Assembly: GCF_018977255.1 (NCBI RefSeq)
Contig: NW_024704743.1
Location: forward strand, 70,248,001-70,312,000
Origin: Callorhinchus milii
Lineage: Eukaryota
Reading direction: 5' to 3'
Length of the DNA: 64,000 nt
Part shown: in pieces, positions 1 through 12,225 of the stretch
Layout: each line of letters starts with the position of its first letter
Numbering within the stretch: position 1 is the stretch's first letter
Notes under the pieces: generated by a model
Database searches by the model: none
Seen by the model: only the letters and a program-made list of their open reading frames with translations
Told to the model about the DNA's origin: nothing
Position numbers and translations under genes: made by a program

Positions 1-429
1 TGAAATAGTGTTTGCATAGATTCGTTCTGAATTTACCCCCCTACAATCACTGGCCATGTCCTCTGGTTGTCTCCTAAATGTCAGTGAGTTCCACAAATAT
101 TCTTTAATCTTAGATTTCTCTAAAGGACAAATTAGGATCTGAATTTACTGAAGCCCAAACTTTATTAGCTCAAGTACTCTGGTTTGCATTGCTCCAGCTT
201 CCTGTATTCATTTTGCTCACCATGGCCCAATAGCCACAACCTGACCACATATTGATATATCTTCACATTAGATTACATAGCTCATTTCCTGATCTTGACA
301 ACGAAAAAGTAAAACACAGGGATGATGAAGACCTCTCCCAACATTCATTGCAATTTGAACCAGTCCTAGGAATAGTTTATTTCACATTTCAAGTGATCAC
401 AATTTACCCCTCTATCTTCCTCCATTGTT

Positions 430-608
430 TGTCCTCCCTGCTACTCTCCGTGGGTCTGTGCTTTCCTGGTTTCGCTTTTACAGCTCCTTCCCTCCTAACT
501 CTCCTATCTCACTCCTAGCTAGGGTTCCCACACACCCAGTTTTTGTAAAGTGTTTTGAGAAGTTCTTCCTATGTGAAAGGTATTATATATGTGCAAATTG
601 TTGTTGAT
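430..608 (+). mobile_element. Old L2 LINE 3' end
   Basis: Pyrimidine-rich 3'UTR ending in ...gtgaaaggtattatatatgtgcaaattgttgttg. Confidence 0.55.
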
Positions 609-1679
609 TGCTTCAAGGAGCACAAAAGGAGCTGGAATAAATATTGAGGAACATCCAACATAAAAACTTGGATACACATCAGTTGGGAAGGGATGGATGA
701 CTTGACATAGAGACATTGGACAGCCTAAAGGAAATTGCACATACCAGGGATGTAAAGAAACACCAGGGCCCATGGCTAAAGGAAATTGGAACCCTCATAA
801 CCAACACAAGTGTTAAAAAGCAGCTTCAATTATTACCCATAAATTGAAAACAGAGGTTAAGTCTTTCACGAATGATGTCAAGGAATGGAGACTATAGCCC
901 ATTCGTGTTCTCATACATAGCTTACAGAGATGCAAAACTGAGGACGTTACTTGTCATTTGTTAGATTTTGTTTACATCTTTACTAAACATAGTCATCGGT
1001 CTAAAATAATAAATCTAGATAAACCTGAGCGAATTTCAACATCCAGAAAATGGCAACTGTTTTTCACAATTTTTACAATAATCTTTCATTTGGTATACAC
1101 CTTGAGACGTTGTTGAGATGTCTGAAAGTACTTCACAAGATTCATGGTGAAGTTTAGTGACTGTGTATTTGCAGGGAAGCCATGGCAAACATCTGTAATT
1201 GCTGCTGGGATGCATTCATCATAGACCTTGCTTATTCAAAACGATAAGTGACCTACAGTGAAAGCTGTTGTTTTAATGTTAAGGCTCTTCAGCATACCAA
1301 TCCAAGGGTGTAATAAAACATTTATACTGAATAATATTTACAGTATTTGAGATCATATAAATATTGCATTTACTATTAAATTCAGATTTTAGTCTAATGG
1401 TGTTACTTACTGTAGTTTCTAAAACACATTTGAAACATTTGCTGAGTTACTGTTTATATTCAATCAATTGCAGCAATGAGTCTCTAAATGAACATCTCAT
1501 GGAATGTTTTTGATAAATGGTATGATGTTTCAATGATGCTCCGAGATGAAAACACCTACGGGGGCAGTGCACACGAGTTTTAAAAGATGGTATTCAAACT
1601 GTTTGTGAATTTGAATCATAAATGAAGCAAAATGAAAATACATTTATATAACAGATACTCTTGCTTGCTTGCTTGTGTC

Positions 1680-1816
1680 TCCAGTGCCTTGGGACGTCAT
1701 CTCGACGTGAAAGGCGCTATACAATTGTAATTTTGTTGTTTATTGTTACTTACCTAAGTGCTTGACATGCTACTCTGTGTAAGAGGCACTATATAAATGC
1801 AAGTTGTTGTTGTTAT
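1680..1816 (+). mobile_element. Two adjacent L2 3'-tail-only fragments of different subfamilies
   Basis: gccttgggacgtcatctcgacgtgaaaggcgctatacaa...gttgtt and aagtgcttgacatgctac...gtaagaggcactatataaatgcaagttgttgtt. Confidence 0.7.
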
Positions 1817-2030
1817 TAGTAGAGTTGGTGGAGGCTTGGAAACAGGTTGCTCACATGCCTTCTGAGCCATATGCAGCTGGGGACTAGGGGAAAGTAGATA
1901 GAATTTTGACCTTCCAAATAAAGAATGAATGACTTTTGGTAAGCCGAATAAGAAATAAAAACAGGTAGATAGATGTTCAAAATAAGTTACTGTAACTCAG
2001 CAAAATGCTAATTAATTAATTATTCTTTAC

Positions 2031-2550
2031 AAAGTCAGCTCAGTTCTATGATGGTGGAATAGTTTGCCACCAGTCACTGATATTAGTCTCTTAAGAAAGG
2101 TATGCAGGGTCCTGGCTCCCATGAAACTGTTCCCTTCTATATAAAAGGGAATCAAAATGCCTTCAAGAGAAGAGGTGAGGAACAAATTAATAATTCTTGA
2201 GTTTGATATATTATCTATAGAATCTAAACTCCCTTTCCAGTCCTCCTCAAAGTGCTTCATGGGTAAACATCGTCAACTGTAAATATTTATATCCTACAGC
2301 AAGTCTGCACATAGAAGATCCTGCAAACAGTCATGAGGTGAATGACCAATATATATCTGAAGGATTGTTGGCAAAACACCAGGAGAAAATAATTCTCCTT
2401 TTGAATAGTGTATGGGATCTTTAACCACAACCAATGGGGAGATGGGAATTCTGTGAATTGAGACACTGTAGACATTATATCCAATGCAAATACTATTATT
2501 TTGTTCCTTGCCAATTTTGCCTCCTCTTCTGCGGAAAGCTTTTCACTCCC
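2031..2550 (-). pseudogene. Exon remnant(s) separated by an old DeuSINE fragment (~2290-2430)
   Basis: GSEKLSAEEEAKLARNKIIVFALDI, then MKHFEEDW...SRIINLFLTSSLEGILIPFYIEGNSF; order matches recalled RGSL1 C-terminal motifs. Confidence 0.5.
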
Positions 2551-2592
2551 CTTTTGGGAAGGACATAAATTAATTTGAAGGACAGTATGACA

Positions 2593-3575
2593 CAAAGTTA
2601 ATGAAGGTGGTAGACTGCAAAGATGACCAGGATTGGTTACAGGAGGACTTGAACATTCTTGGGAATTGGGCAGATTGATGGCAGATGAAATTTAATGTAG
2701 AGAAATGCATGGGGACAAAAAATCTAGGAAGGTACTATTATTTAAATGGTAAGAAAAGAATCTGTACAGAAAATGAAAAGGAAATGAGGATTCTGACTGA
2801 TAAAAAATTAAGCTATCCCAACAGTGCTCAGTAGCAGTAAGTAAGCAAACCAAATGCTGGGCTGCATTAAAAGGGCAATATTGAGCTAAAAGAGTGGGAG
2901 TGCCACTTTATAAATCATGGTGCGACTGCACTTGAAATCCTGTTTGCAGTGCAAAAGGATATTGCAGCGATTGAGAGGATACAGAGTAGGGCAACCAAAA
3001 TGGTTGAGGGTATGGAGGGACTGGACTATGATGAGCAATTAGATAAACTGGGCATTTCACATTAGAGAAGAGAAGGTTGAGGGGCAATATGATTATGGTC
3101 TTTAAGATTCTGAAGTGAATAGATAATGTAATAATAATAATAATCCTTGCATTTGATATAGTGCCTTGTCATGTCTTCGAGATGTCTCAAAGCATTTCAC
3201 AGGATATACTGTAAAGTGTAGTGACTGTATCTTTTGTGGGTGAACTGCGGCAGCCAATTAAGACCATGTTAAGCTGTTTTATCTTGCACTGAACAGTAGA
3301 ACCAGAGGACACAGCCTGCGATTGAAGGGGGGTAAATTCAGAACAAATCTGCAGAAACACTATTCAGTGAGAAAGCAATAAATTTATGGAACAAGCTCCC
3401 TAGGGAGACAGTGGAAGCAGAAAATACTGTTTGTTTAAGAATAAATTAGATAGATTTCTGCTAGAAAATAAGATCTGGGTATAGCATATAAAATCTGGAT
3501 AATAATATATAGTTTGGGACACGACATGTCAAGCGACTGCCTTCTTTCGCTTAGCAAATTCTTACGTTCTTACAT
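2593..3575 (+). mobile_element. Degenerate CR1 LINE ORF2 C-terminus and 3'UTR, interrupted by a SINE fragment
   Basis: LQEDLNILGNWA.WQMKFNVEKC, LEKRRLRG and RTRGHSL motifs; ends ttcttacgttctta. Confidence 0.85.
3129..3259 (-). mobile_element. 5'-truncated SINE nested in CR1
   Basis: (aat)n-ccttgcatttgatatag tail plus Deu-domain end; CR1 sequence resumes on both sides. Confidence 0.8.
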
Positions 3576-3829
3576 GCTTGACAAAGCAACACTGGAATAA
3601 AAACTCAAGTCCTTGCGTGTCAAAAGTTAGTCCCAAACCACAAATTGTACAAGTATTTGAATAGGAAAATACCTCTGAAAACAAAATAGCTAGAAGGAGG
3701 GTTATAGTTACTTTTTATTTATAGTTCATTTCATTTCAAGGTGTTATTCTCTAAAAACAGGAAAAGTGAAAGTGTAGTCAAGCATAGGATATTATGCCAT
3801 GTGGCAAAACATTAGTGCATGTAGCAAGA

Positions 3830-4211
3830 GGGTAGTATTTGGCATGGGATTCTGTAGCTCCTCTTTCACTGGTGTCTGCGAGCAGAAGCTGTTTGAATAG
3901 AAACCCAAGCAGAGCCTGAAGGAAAACATCTGACAAGAAACTATGTGATTTCACCACAGTGTCTTTAGACAACCAGTTTAATTCATTCCATGTGGGAAAA
4001 AAAACTTCCAGTATTTCTCTTTGTGTGTACGAGTAGAGAACAAAATAACATTTCCAATAGCCCATGGTGCAATTGCGTCTTTTGCTGCGTTACATCTTTA
4101 GCAGGATTAACACGATATCAGATAAATGCGTATAATTTCATTTACATGAAATATGGAAGTTACTCCACTTGTATGAGGTAACATCCCAACCAGAACTAAT
4201 TTCCCCATGAG
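3830..4211 (-). pseudogene. Exon remnant interrupted by a MITE-like insertion
   Basis: Acceptor at 4212-4214. After removing the insert it reads (A)HGLLEMLF, then frameshifts to QREILEVFFPTWNELNWLSKDTVVKSHSFLSDVFLQALLGFLFKQL. 3' end approximate. Confidence 0.45.
4066..4206. mobile_element. Short MITE-like palindromic element
   Basis: Imperfect terminal inverted repeats (ggtgcaatt..gttacatc vs gaggtaac..aatttcccc); cccatg occurs at both junctions. Confidence 0.45.
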
Positions 4212-4467
4212 CTACCAGCAGTTTAAAAATAAATTAAACAGCTGTGTGTTCACTCTCACCATCAGGGAGCGCTGCTGGTAACCATGGTAACACTGTCAGC
4301 ATGATTGCCCCTTAGCATATTCTGGAGTGTCAACACTACAATAATAAACTTACTGATGCTATGCCACTGACCTCAGCTAAACAATTGTGCACAGCACCTT
4401 AATAAACAGAATGAAGCGAATCTCTTGTCCTGTATGCTCCCAGTATACTGAAACCGTTTGCGTGATC

Positions 4468-4742
4468 AACAGCAACAACTTAAATTTACGTAGTGCCCCT
4501 CATGCGAGGTGGCGTCTTGGAGCACCTAACTGTGGCAGAGCTTGAGGCTGAGTTAGGAAGCAAGGGGAGTGGACCACAGACATGGTCAAAGAGGAGAGTC
4601 TTGAGGTGTGATCCGAAGATGGACAAGGACGCGGCAAGGCTGGGGGGGTTGAGACAGTGAGTTGCAGAGTTTCAGGCACAGTGGCTGAAAATACAGCCAG
4701 TGATGGTACAGCAGAAGGAATGAAGAACGTGCAGGAGGATGC
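4468..4742 (-). mobile_element. Old L2 3' fragment
   Basis: Reverse (caa)n tail followed by purine-rich L2 ORF2 end (ttgaggtgtg..., gcagagtttcaggcacagtggctgaaa). Confidence 0.65.
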
Positions 4743-4781
4743 CCAGTATGCTCAATATCTTTTGAAATTTTGAAAATCGTT

Positions 4782-5812
4782 CATAAGAACATAAGAACGT
4801 AAGAATTAGGAGCAGGAGTAGGCCATTCGGCCCCTCGAGCCTGCCCCGCTATTCGATAAGATCATGGCTGATCTTCAGACCTAACTCTAATTACCTGCCC
4901 TATCCCCATATCCCCTAATCCCTCTATTTTTAAAAAATCTTATCAGTCTCAGCCTTGAAAATGTTCAAAGCCCTATGCAGTTGCAGCAAGACTTCCCTAC
5001 TCTTGTACTCTAAACCTTTTGCAATGAACGCTAACATGCCGTTCGCCTTCTCAGTTGCTTGCTGCACCTGCAATCTAACTTTTTGAGACTGGTGTACAAG
5101 GACACCCAAATCCCTCTGAACACTAACACTATCTAATCTCTCCCCCTCTAGAAAATAATCAGTTTTTCTATTTTTGCTACCTAGGTGAATAACTTCACAC
5201 TTCCCCACATTAAATTCCATCTGCCACCTACTGCCCACTCCCCTGGCCTATCTATATCCTGTTGCAATCTTTTTGCATCATCCTCAGAGCTTACTCTCCC
5301 ACCTTGTTTAGTGTTATCCGCGAATTTAGATACGTTACATTCAATGTCCTCGTCTAGATCATTGATGTAAATTGTAAATAGCTGAGGCTCAAGCACTGAT
5401 CCTTGTGGCACTCCACTAGTCACATCCTGCCAATTCGAGAATGACCCGTTTATCCCTACTCTCTGTTTTCTACCCGTCAGCCACTCTTCAATCCATGCTA
5501 ATATGTTCCCATTAATCCCGTGGGCCTTAACCTTGTGCAATAGACTTTGGTGTGGCACTTTGTCAAATAACTTCTTAAAATCTAAATATATTACATCTAC
5601 TGGTTCCCCCCTATCTAACCTGCTAGATACATCTTCAAAAAACTCTGAAAGATTAGTTAAGTATGACTTCCCTTTTGTAAAGCCATGCTGACTCTGCCTA
5701 ATCTTGTTATGGTCTTTCAGGAATCCCATAACGACATCTTTAATTAAGGACTCAAGAATTTTCCCTACCACTGATGTCAGACTAACTGGTCTATAGTTCC
5801 CCATCTTTCAGC
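4782..5812 (-). mobile_element. Relatively young CR1 LINE fragment (RT domain to 3' tail), internally deleted
   Basis: ORFs 5181-5804 and 4930-5238 carry GNYRPVSLTSVVGK, YLDFKK.FDKVPH, SGVPQGSVL, KFADNTK and WQMEFNVGKC; (cataagaa)n tail. Confidence 0.95.
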
Positions 5813-5896
5813 TCACTCCTTCAAATTTTTGAACTCCAACAAATATAACCCCTCTTTACTCTGCCTCTCGCCATAATTAAATCCTTTCATCTCAGG

Positions 5897-6218
5897 TAAT
5901 AATAATAATAATAATCCTTGCATTTGATATAGCGCTTTTCACGTCGGGAGGACGTCCCAAAGCGCTTCACAGAACACACTGTAAAGTGAATTGACTGTAT
6001 ATTTGTGGGCGAAAGCGGCAGCCAATTGCGCACAGCAATGTCCCACAAACAGTCGTAGATTGAAAATGACCAATTTAGTTATTGTTTTTGGTTTTTGGAG
6101 GGATTATTATTAGGTGTGTGGAGTAAGAAAACTTGCCCAAGGTTTCGCCCTGCCTGGAATTGAACTCAGGTCTCTCGCTTGCAAAGCGAGTGCTCTAACC
6201 ACTGAGATACAGGACTCC
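5897..6218 (-). mobile_element. Full-length tRNA-Ala-derived SINE (short variant)
   Basis: tRNA head with A/B boxes, Deu-like core (gtgggacattgctgtgcgcaattggctgcc), L2-like tail, (att)n. Confidence 0.95.
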
Positions 6219-6235
6219 TGATGACCTATCACTGG

Positions 6236-6612
6236 GCTATCAGGTTGGTAGCACTTTGCTTGTCTGCTAGCACTCTTTGCTCTGTCAGAAGGTGCAGATT
6301 TAAACACCATGTCAGATACTTGAGCTCATCGTCTAAATGGACAATGTAGTACCGGGGATGTGCTGCATTGTTGGAGTTGTCGTTCTTCAGATGAAATGTT
6401 AAATCAAGGTCCCATCTGTCTGTCAAGGTAGTGTTAAAGATCCCATGGCATTATTCAAAAAGAGAAGGGAGTTTCTCCTAGTGTCCTGGCTAATAATCCA
6501 TTCACTTTATTGGCTGTTTCTGGGACACTGACAAATTGGCTGTAACGATCACCGATGTATACACAGTGACTACACTTTACAGTAAATCTGGTGAAGCACT
6601 TTAAGACATTAC
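6236..6612 (+). mobile_element. Old SacSINE1/AmnSINE1-like DeuSINE
   Basis: gtgctgcattgttggag...cagatgaaatgttaaatcaagg...aaagatcccatggcattattc Deu core. Confidence 0.8.
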
Positions 6613-6825
6613 CTACAATTATTTCCTACAAAACCAATGTATCTGCGTTTAGGTAAAGTGCATAAAATAAACCACAATATTCCAAATGAGATCTATCCAG
6701 TAGTGAGTGTTTTTGTGATCTTGTACTCCATACTTTTTGTGTTAAAACTCAGCTGCCCACTAGCCTTTTTATTGTGTTCTATACTTCTAAGCTAGTTTTG
6801 AATATTTTGTGTGCCTGGAGCATTA

Positions 6826-7545
6826 CAACAACAACAAAATTACATTTATAGAGCGCCTTTCATGTCGGGAGGACCTCCCAAAGTGCTGAACAGTCAGGTG
6901 TTGGGGCCTGAGCATGGGCGAGGGGTGGTGTAGAGGTGAAGGAAGGCAGAGAGGTGGGAGGGAGACCAAAGGCACGGTTGAAGAGAAGGGTCTTGAGACC
7001 GGCCTTGAAGGAGGCAAGGGAGGTAGCGAGGCGAAGGGACTGTGGGATGGAGTTCCAGAGTGTGGGGGCAGAGAGGCTGAAAGCCCGGCCACCAATGGTA
7101 GGGCGGGTCGGGCGGGAGACATGGAGCAGACCGGAGCCCGATGAACGGAGGGAGTGGGCAGGTTGGTAGGGAGTCAGCAGGTCAGAGAGGTAGGGGGGTC
7201 AAGGCCATGGTTGGCCTTAAAGGTGAGGACAAGGATCTTGAACTCGATCCTCTGTGGGACGGGGAGTGATGGTGTCCTAAGCCTGGTGCGTGAGAATACA
7301 CGAGCTGCAGAGGTTTGGATGATCTGCAGCTTGTGAAGGGAAGAGTTGGGAAGGCTGATGAGGAGGGAGTTCCCGTAATCGAGCCTTGATGTGACAAATG
7401 CGTGGGTGAGGGTTTCGGCAGCCTGAGGGGTGAGGCAGTGGCGGAGTCCAGCAATGTTGTGGAGGTGATGGTCGGCAGTGCCGGTCATGGTGCGTATGTG
7501 GGGGAGAAAGGACAGTTCAGGGTCAAACAAGACACCCAGGTTTCT
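6826..7545 (-). mobile_element. L2 LINE 3' fragment
   Basis: [31 protein letters not shown] and RIEFKILVLTFKA motifs; (caa)n tail. Confidence 0.95.
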
Positions 7546-7704
7546 GACTGGATCCCGCTATTCATCTGCCAACCTGGTACTTCCCATCAAACATGAAACA
7601 ATACTCATTTCTTTCCTAATTAATCTTGTTCTGTGAAGTGCCTCGAAATGTTCTTCTGTGTGACAATGCTTATATGATGTAAGTTGTTCTTGGAATTAAA
7701 TATG

Positions 7705-7990
7705 AAGAGTGTCACGGTCACATTTGATTCTGCCCACACCCGCATCCACAGATATTCAGTACCAGCAGGGCAGATGGACAGCATGTTGGGCACATTGTTC
7801 AAGACTGAGCAACATGGCCAAATTTTCTCTTCCCAATCTTAGTGAAACTAAGGCCAGTGGTGCAGCTTCCACTACTGTTCCCCTGAGATTGATACACTCA
7901 GGTATCAAGCAGGGATCAACATCAGGGCCTGCCTGGTTTGCATGGCTAAATGAGGCACTATTCCCTTCTGACCTTTCAGAAGCCATCGGC
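7705..7990 (+). mobile_element. Highly degenerate non-LTR reverse transcriptase fragment
   Basis: SGIKQGSTSGPAWF resembles the RT motif G..QG..LGP.LF; upstream TFDS resembles AFDS. Confidence 0.5.
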
Positions 7991-8291
7991 AACACTTTCA
8001 ATTTAAGTATTCTATTCAGCTAGAAAATATATAACAACTGCAAAGAAATCTCTAATATACAAGAACATTATACTTGCATTTATCTTTTCTCTTCCCTCTA
8101 AGATTCTGGGTCTCCCCGCACAATTGACAATCAACTCTGCTTACACCTGGGAAGAGACCTGTCACTGGGTGGCAGCAGATCAGCGTTGAAGCCAGCCTAT
8201 GATATTCAGAAACAATTGTGAAATGGAGCTTTTAGTAGTCTAGTGTTGCAGTCAACACCCCAGGTCTTTTGGAGACTGAGAATAGTATTAC

Positions 8292-9232
8292 CTTCCGGAG
8301 GAAGGGAAAGATTTCTGAAGAATTCTAGCCTCAAATAGCAAAGTGCAGGTTCTGGCCTAGGATATCAACTTAAGTGTGTTGAGAAGTTTTTCCAGACCAG
8401 ACATAGAAACCATTGAAGGTGCATGGCACTATTTGTAAGAGAAGGAAACTTCTCTCACTGTTCTGTATAGCAATCCTCCAGATGAATAGATCATTAATTT
8501 CTTAGCTGTTTGTGAGACCTTGCTAGCTCAAATGGAATGGCTGCCATACTTCTCTGCATGAGCATTTATCATACTTGCCAGTAATTGCTTGTGAAGCATT
8601 TTAAGATATTTTGAAATGATAAAGTGCTATATAAAGGGATTGGCTTTCATTGTTTCTTTACTAGAATCCTCAGTGATTTCTTAGACAATGCTGAGGAAAA
8701 TGAAGCATTGCTGAGAGGTTCTCTGGTATAAGTTTATGGAACATTATTACCCTGAACATGTAATTAGTGATGATGTGGGCGTGGAAAACAAGGAAAGATT
8801 TATAAATCCAGATCTAAGAAAAAAGAATACTGTAATCATTTCAGACATGTTTAATATCACAATGCATTCAGTCGAGTGGAAGTCTTGAGTAATCATGTGC
8901 AGAGCACTGGAAGTTTTCAAATTAGAGGTGCCTGTAGTTTGTTTAGACACAATAATTGCAAGTAATTTAAATGTCATGAACTGTGATGATTGGGGTTGGG
9001 AAGATTGCAAAGTAACATTAAAAAATACAGTTTTGATTTTTAAAGTAAGGGTTGAATTTTGATTCGGGTTTGAAATGTATGAAATTTACCAATGGAAGAT
9101 AGAGTACTGTTTAGGAGAGGCATTTAACTAAGATTTGTAGACAATCCAATAATCCAAAGGCAACTTCTCGAAAGGAGCTAAAAAAATTTGGTTCCTTTAA
9201 AGGCAACAATTCCTTTACAAATTTGGTTCTTT
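8292..9232 (-). pseudogene. Three phase-compatible exon remnants (9232-9090, 8980-8751, 8356-8292)
   Basis: Strong acceptor cttctctctccag; donors gtaaat, gtaata, gtaata; junction phases 0 then 2 match. Peptides LKEPNFFSSFREVA, FMTFKLL..SALHMITQDF and PEPALCYLRLEFFRN, colinear with recalled RGSL1 motifs (MSFEEL..AIQKISDDY; RP...HLEFFREFL). Confidence 0.55.
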
Positions 9233-9373
9233 CTGGAGAGAGAAGATAAGAAGATATGGTGCAGCTAATTGACAGTTAAGTACTACATTCCATAGGTAAG
9301 ATCTGTATAGGTAAGGAGGTGGTCACAGAGCAGGTGGAGCAGAAGTTAACTTTGTAAAAAGTTCCTAATGTGA

Positions 9374-9570
9374 CAATAATAATCCTTGCATTTGCTGAAG
9401 CTCCTCATCATGTCATTGAGATATCTCAAAACATTTCACGGAATATATTGTAAAGTGAATTCACTGTGTATTTTGTGGGTGAAACGTGGCAGCCAATTGC
9501 GCACAGCAATGTCCCACAAACAGTCGTGGATTGATGACTAATTTATTATTTTATTTATTTTTATTTTGTG
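9374..9570 (-). mobile_element. 5'-truncated Ala-SINE
   Basis: Tail plus Deu core matching the other copies. Confidence 0.85.
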
Positions 9571-9959
9571 GAAGATATTGGCAAAAAACAGTTGTTGGAT
9601 AAGAAGTTACACACTAGAAACAAGCAATTGTGCATAATGTCCATTTAAGTTTAAGAACAGAAGGATAATGGGAGAATCTTTTGACTATTACTTGGCAGAT
9701 TGAATAAGCTGCAACAAATTTCCACAAGAATAATCTATATCATATATCTTATATTTCATCCATCACAGAAAGAGAATGATTAGCATGTGATTTGTCAATT
9801 AATATATTTCAGATATTAAATATCAATGCCAAATTTAAATATACAGCTTAGAATGTTAAAATGCACAAAATGATTAAAAATACAAAGTCTTAGTACAGCT
9901 GAGAAGATCAAAATTTCTTTAAGAAACATGTTTAGAGTTAGAGATACTTCAAAATTGCT

Positions 9960-10100
9960 TGAAGCCACTCATAGTGTCTGGCTGTCAATATTGCTCACAA
10001 TAGTCAACTCAGCACAGAGCAGGCAGGCATTGAACCTGAGGCCTTTTTAGTACGTATGGCTCAGGTTCACGCTGGTCTGTTGCCTCACCTATTAAGTCAA
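9960..10100 (-). mobile_element. Old tRNA-headed SINE head (AmnSINE2-like)
   Basis: Reverse reads ctgagccatacg...caggttcaatgcc...ctgtgctgagttgac, with a B-box-like motif. Confidence 0.4.
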
Positions 10101-10109
10101 TGTAATGAA

Positions 10110-10320
10110 CTTGTACTGAAAAAAGGACCCTCGAACGTAAATGAGTGGCCTCCGAGGAGCTCCATGGATTCCACATGGCTCGCACATCCAGACAGATCTT
10201 GTTTCAGAGCCTCGTTCTCACTGGTCAGTGTGATTGTACACGGAGTACAATCCATGTACTCTGGGACTTTACCCTGCGTGAGGGGCACTATATAAATGCA
10301 AGTTACTGTTGTTGTTGTTG
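10110..10320 (+). mobile_element. Old L2-type 3' end
   Basis: Ends tactctgggactttaccctgcgtgaggggcactatataaatgcaagttactgttgttgttg. Confidence 0.6.
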
Positions 10321-11798
10321 AGTTCATGCATCCACTTTGTATTCCATGATGCTTTCTCTGGTGGAAAACTTTGAATACAATGTACATACATTCTAGCGAG
10401 ACACAAAGAAGATTGGTGAAACTGAACCTTTATATCCATTTTGGAATAGACATTCCACAGATAACTAGTTTACGAGCTTAAGACATCCTCCCGACAGAAA
10501 GGCGCTATACAACTGTAATTTTTTTTGTTGTCTGGTATCATTTTTGCTGCTATTTTTGCTGCTGTTTTCGAGATGAGTGCTTTTTCGACCCCATTGAGGG
10601 AAATGAAAATCACATGAAAGTTCATCACAACAGTTTAAACTGAAGCAAATAGCAGAATGAAACTGCATTGCTTATATGCAATAATTTGTGTGAAGTGTTA
10701 AAATAATGCAATCTGAAGAAACTGAAGTTCACTCAATGGTACATTGACACTCAATTGCAGATGGCCCTCTGGTGATGATGTAAAACTCTGAATACAATGT
10801 ACGTACATCCTAGCAAGGCACAAAGAAGATTGGTGAAACTGAACCTTCATATCCATTTTGGGGCACAAATTCCACCTGTATCTAGGTTACGACCTTGCGA
10901 CATCCTCCTGAGGTGAAAGGCACTATACAAATGTAAATTTGTATGGTATTTTGTATTGTATGTCATATTTCGGAGCATACAAATTTGTCACATTTTTCAA
11001 TACAGAATTAATTTGAAGATGGTTTTCAGTAAGTTCTTTTCAATAAATATAGAAAACAGATTCAACGTTAAGACTGAATTCAACAATATGCCAATTCTGC
11101 ACACTGAAATGTTACAAAATGCACATCTGGACCCAGCTGGAATTTCTCTCCATAAAACTACGATTGAAATGATTTGTAGTGAGACATAGGTTTTGTGAAA
11201 TTTCCAAACTATATATGTTTAAACGTGTGACCTTGATTAAAGTTGGGAACATAAATGGCCACAAACCTAGCTAAGATAAGTATCATCTGGATATCCTGGA
11301 GCTTGCTGTGGGGAAATGAAAGTAGATTGTGACATATGTGTTCCTCTTTGATGACCTTATTCAGATATTTTCACGCATGAGACTTTGGCTGTATTAATTG
11401 ACTGCACACTGAAGTATTTGTTCCTCACAAGGACTTTGCTGCATGTTTTTGTTTCAAGCTATTCCTCAGTCATACCAGATTGTATATGGTTATTTGGGGG
11501 TTCATTCTTGGTTTGCCAAATGTTTGGAGCATATCACCAGAGCCAAATCCAGACTTAGACTATATGGGAACAAGTCCCAATATATGACTTGAACCAACAA
11601 GTTTCTGACTCAGAGGTAGAGTGCTACCAACGGAGCCAGATCAACACAGTATTGTTCATTATAGATAATAAAAGTGGAAGTTTCAGGCTGGATTAGGAAT
11701 GCGAATGTATCTTCAAAAGGGAGCCTCAATATAAAAATATTGAACTGGGAACAATTCTGATTTAATTAGACCGATAAAAGAATTTGCCTTTTCCGTAC

Positions 11799-12024
11799 CA
11801 ATTAAAACTTTTTGGAGAATGAAGAAAAGGCTTCCAGTTAAGGAAGAAGGAAGGTGGCAAATGTTGCTGTGATTCTGGCCTTTAGACTGCCAAATGGAGC
11901 TAATCTCCTGAAAAAGGTGCTAGTGGCATAGAAGATGAACACAACTATCACTTTCAGTGGCATCAACAGTGCATAATTCATGTGTTCACAGCACGTAATC
12001 CTTGCAAAGGTCACAAAGCATTTC
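11799..12024 (-). pseudogene. Candidate exon remnant
   Basis: aag/gtacgg bounded. Reads EMLCDLCKDYVL*THEL...HLPSSLTGSLFFILQKVLI. Confidence 0.35.
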
Positions 12025-12225
12025 CTTATTAAATATACAGAATCAGGGCATGCCAGACCATTCGACAAAAATGATCTTTAATTCCCAAGAAACAGTATTC
12101 TGCAAATAATACATGATAACTCTATTGTGTACATATGTAATTTAGCGAATTTTGTGGTAATTTTACTGTAAAAAAATTGAGAGCTGATTCATGGTTCTCT
12201 TTAGTTTTTTTTTAACAAATTCCAA

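Noticed and set aside
5181..5804. Host gene encoding a reverse transcriptase
   Set aside because: It is a truncated, frameshifted CR1 ORF2 with a mutated catalytic motif (FADN).
8652..8720. Similarity to 17798-17862
   Set aside because: Short, AT-rich and diverged; cannot distinguish an old repeat from chance by eye.
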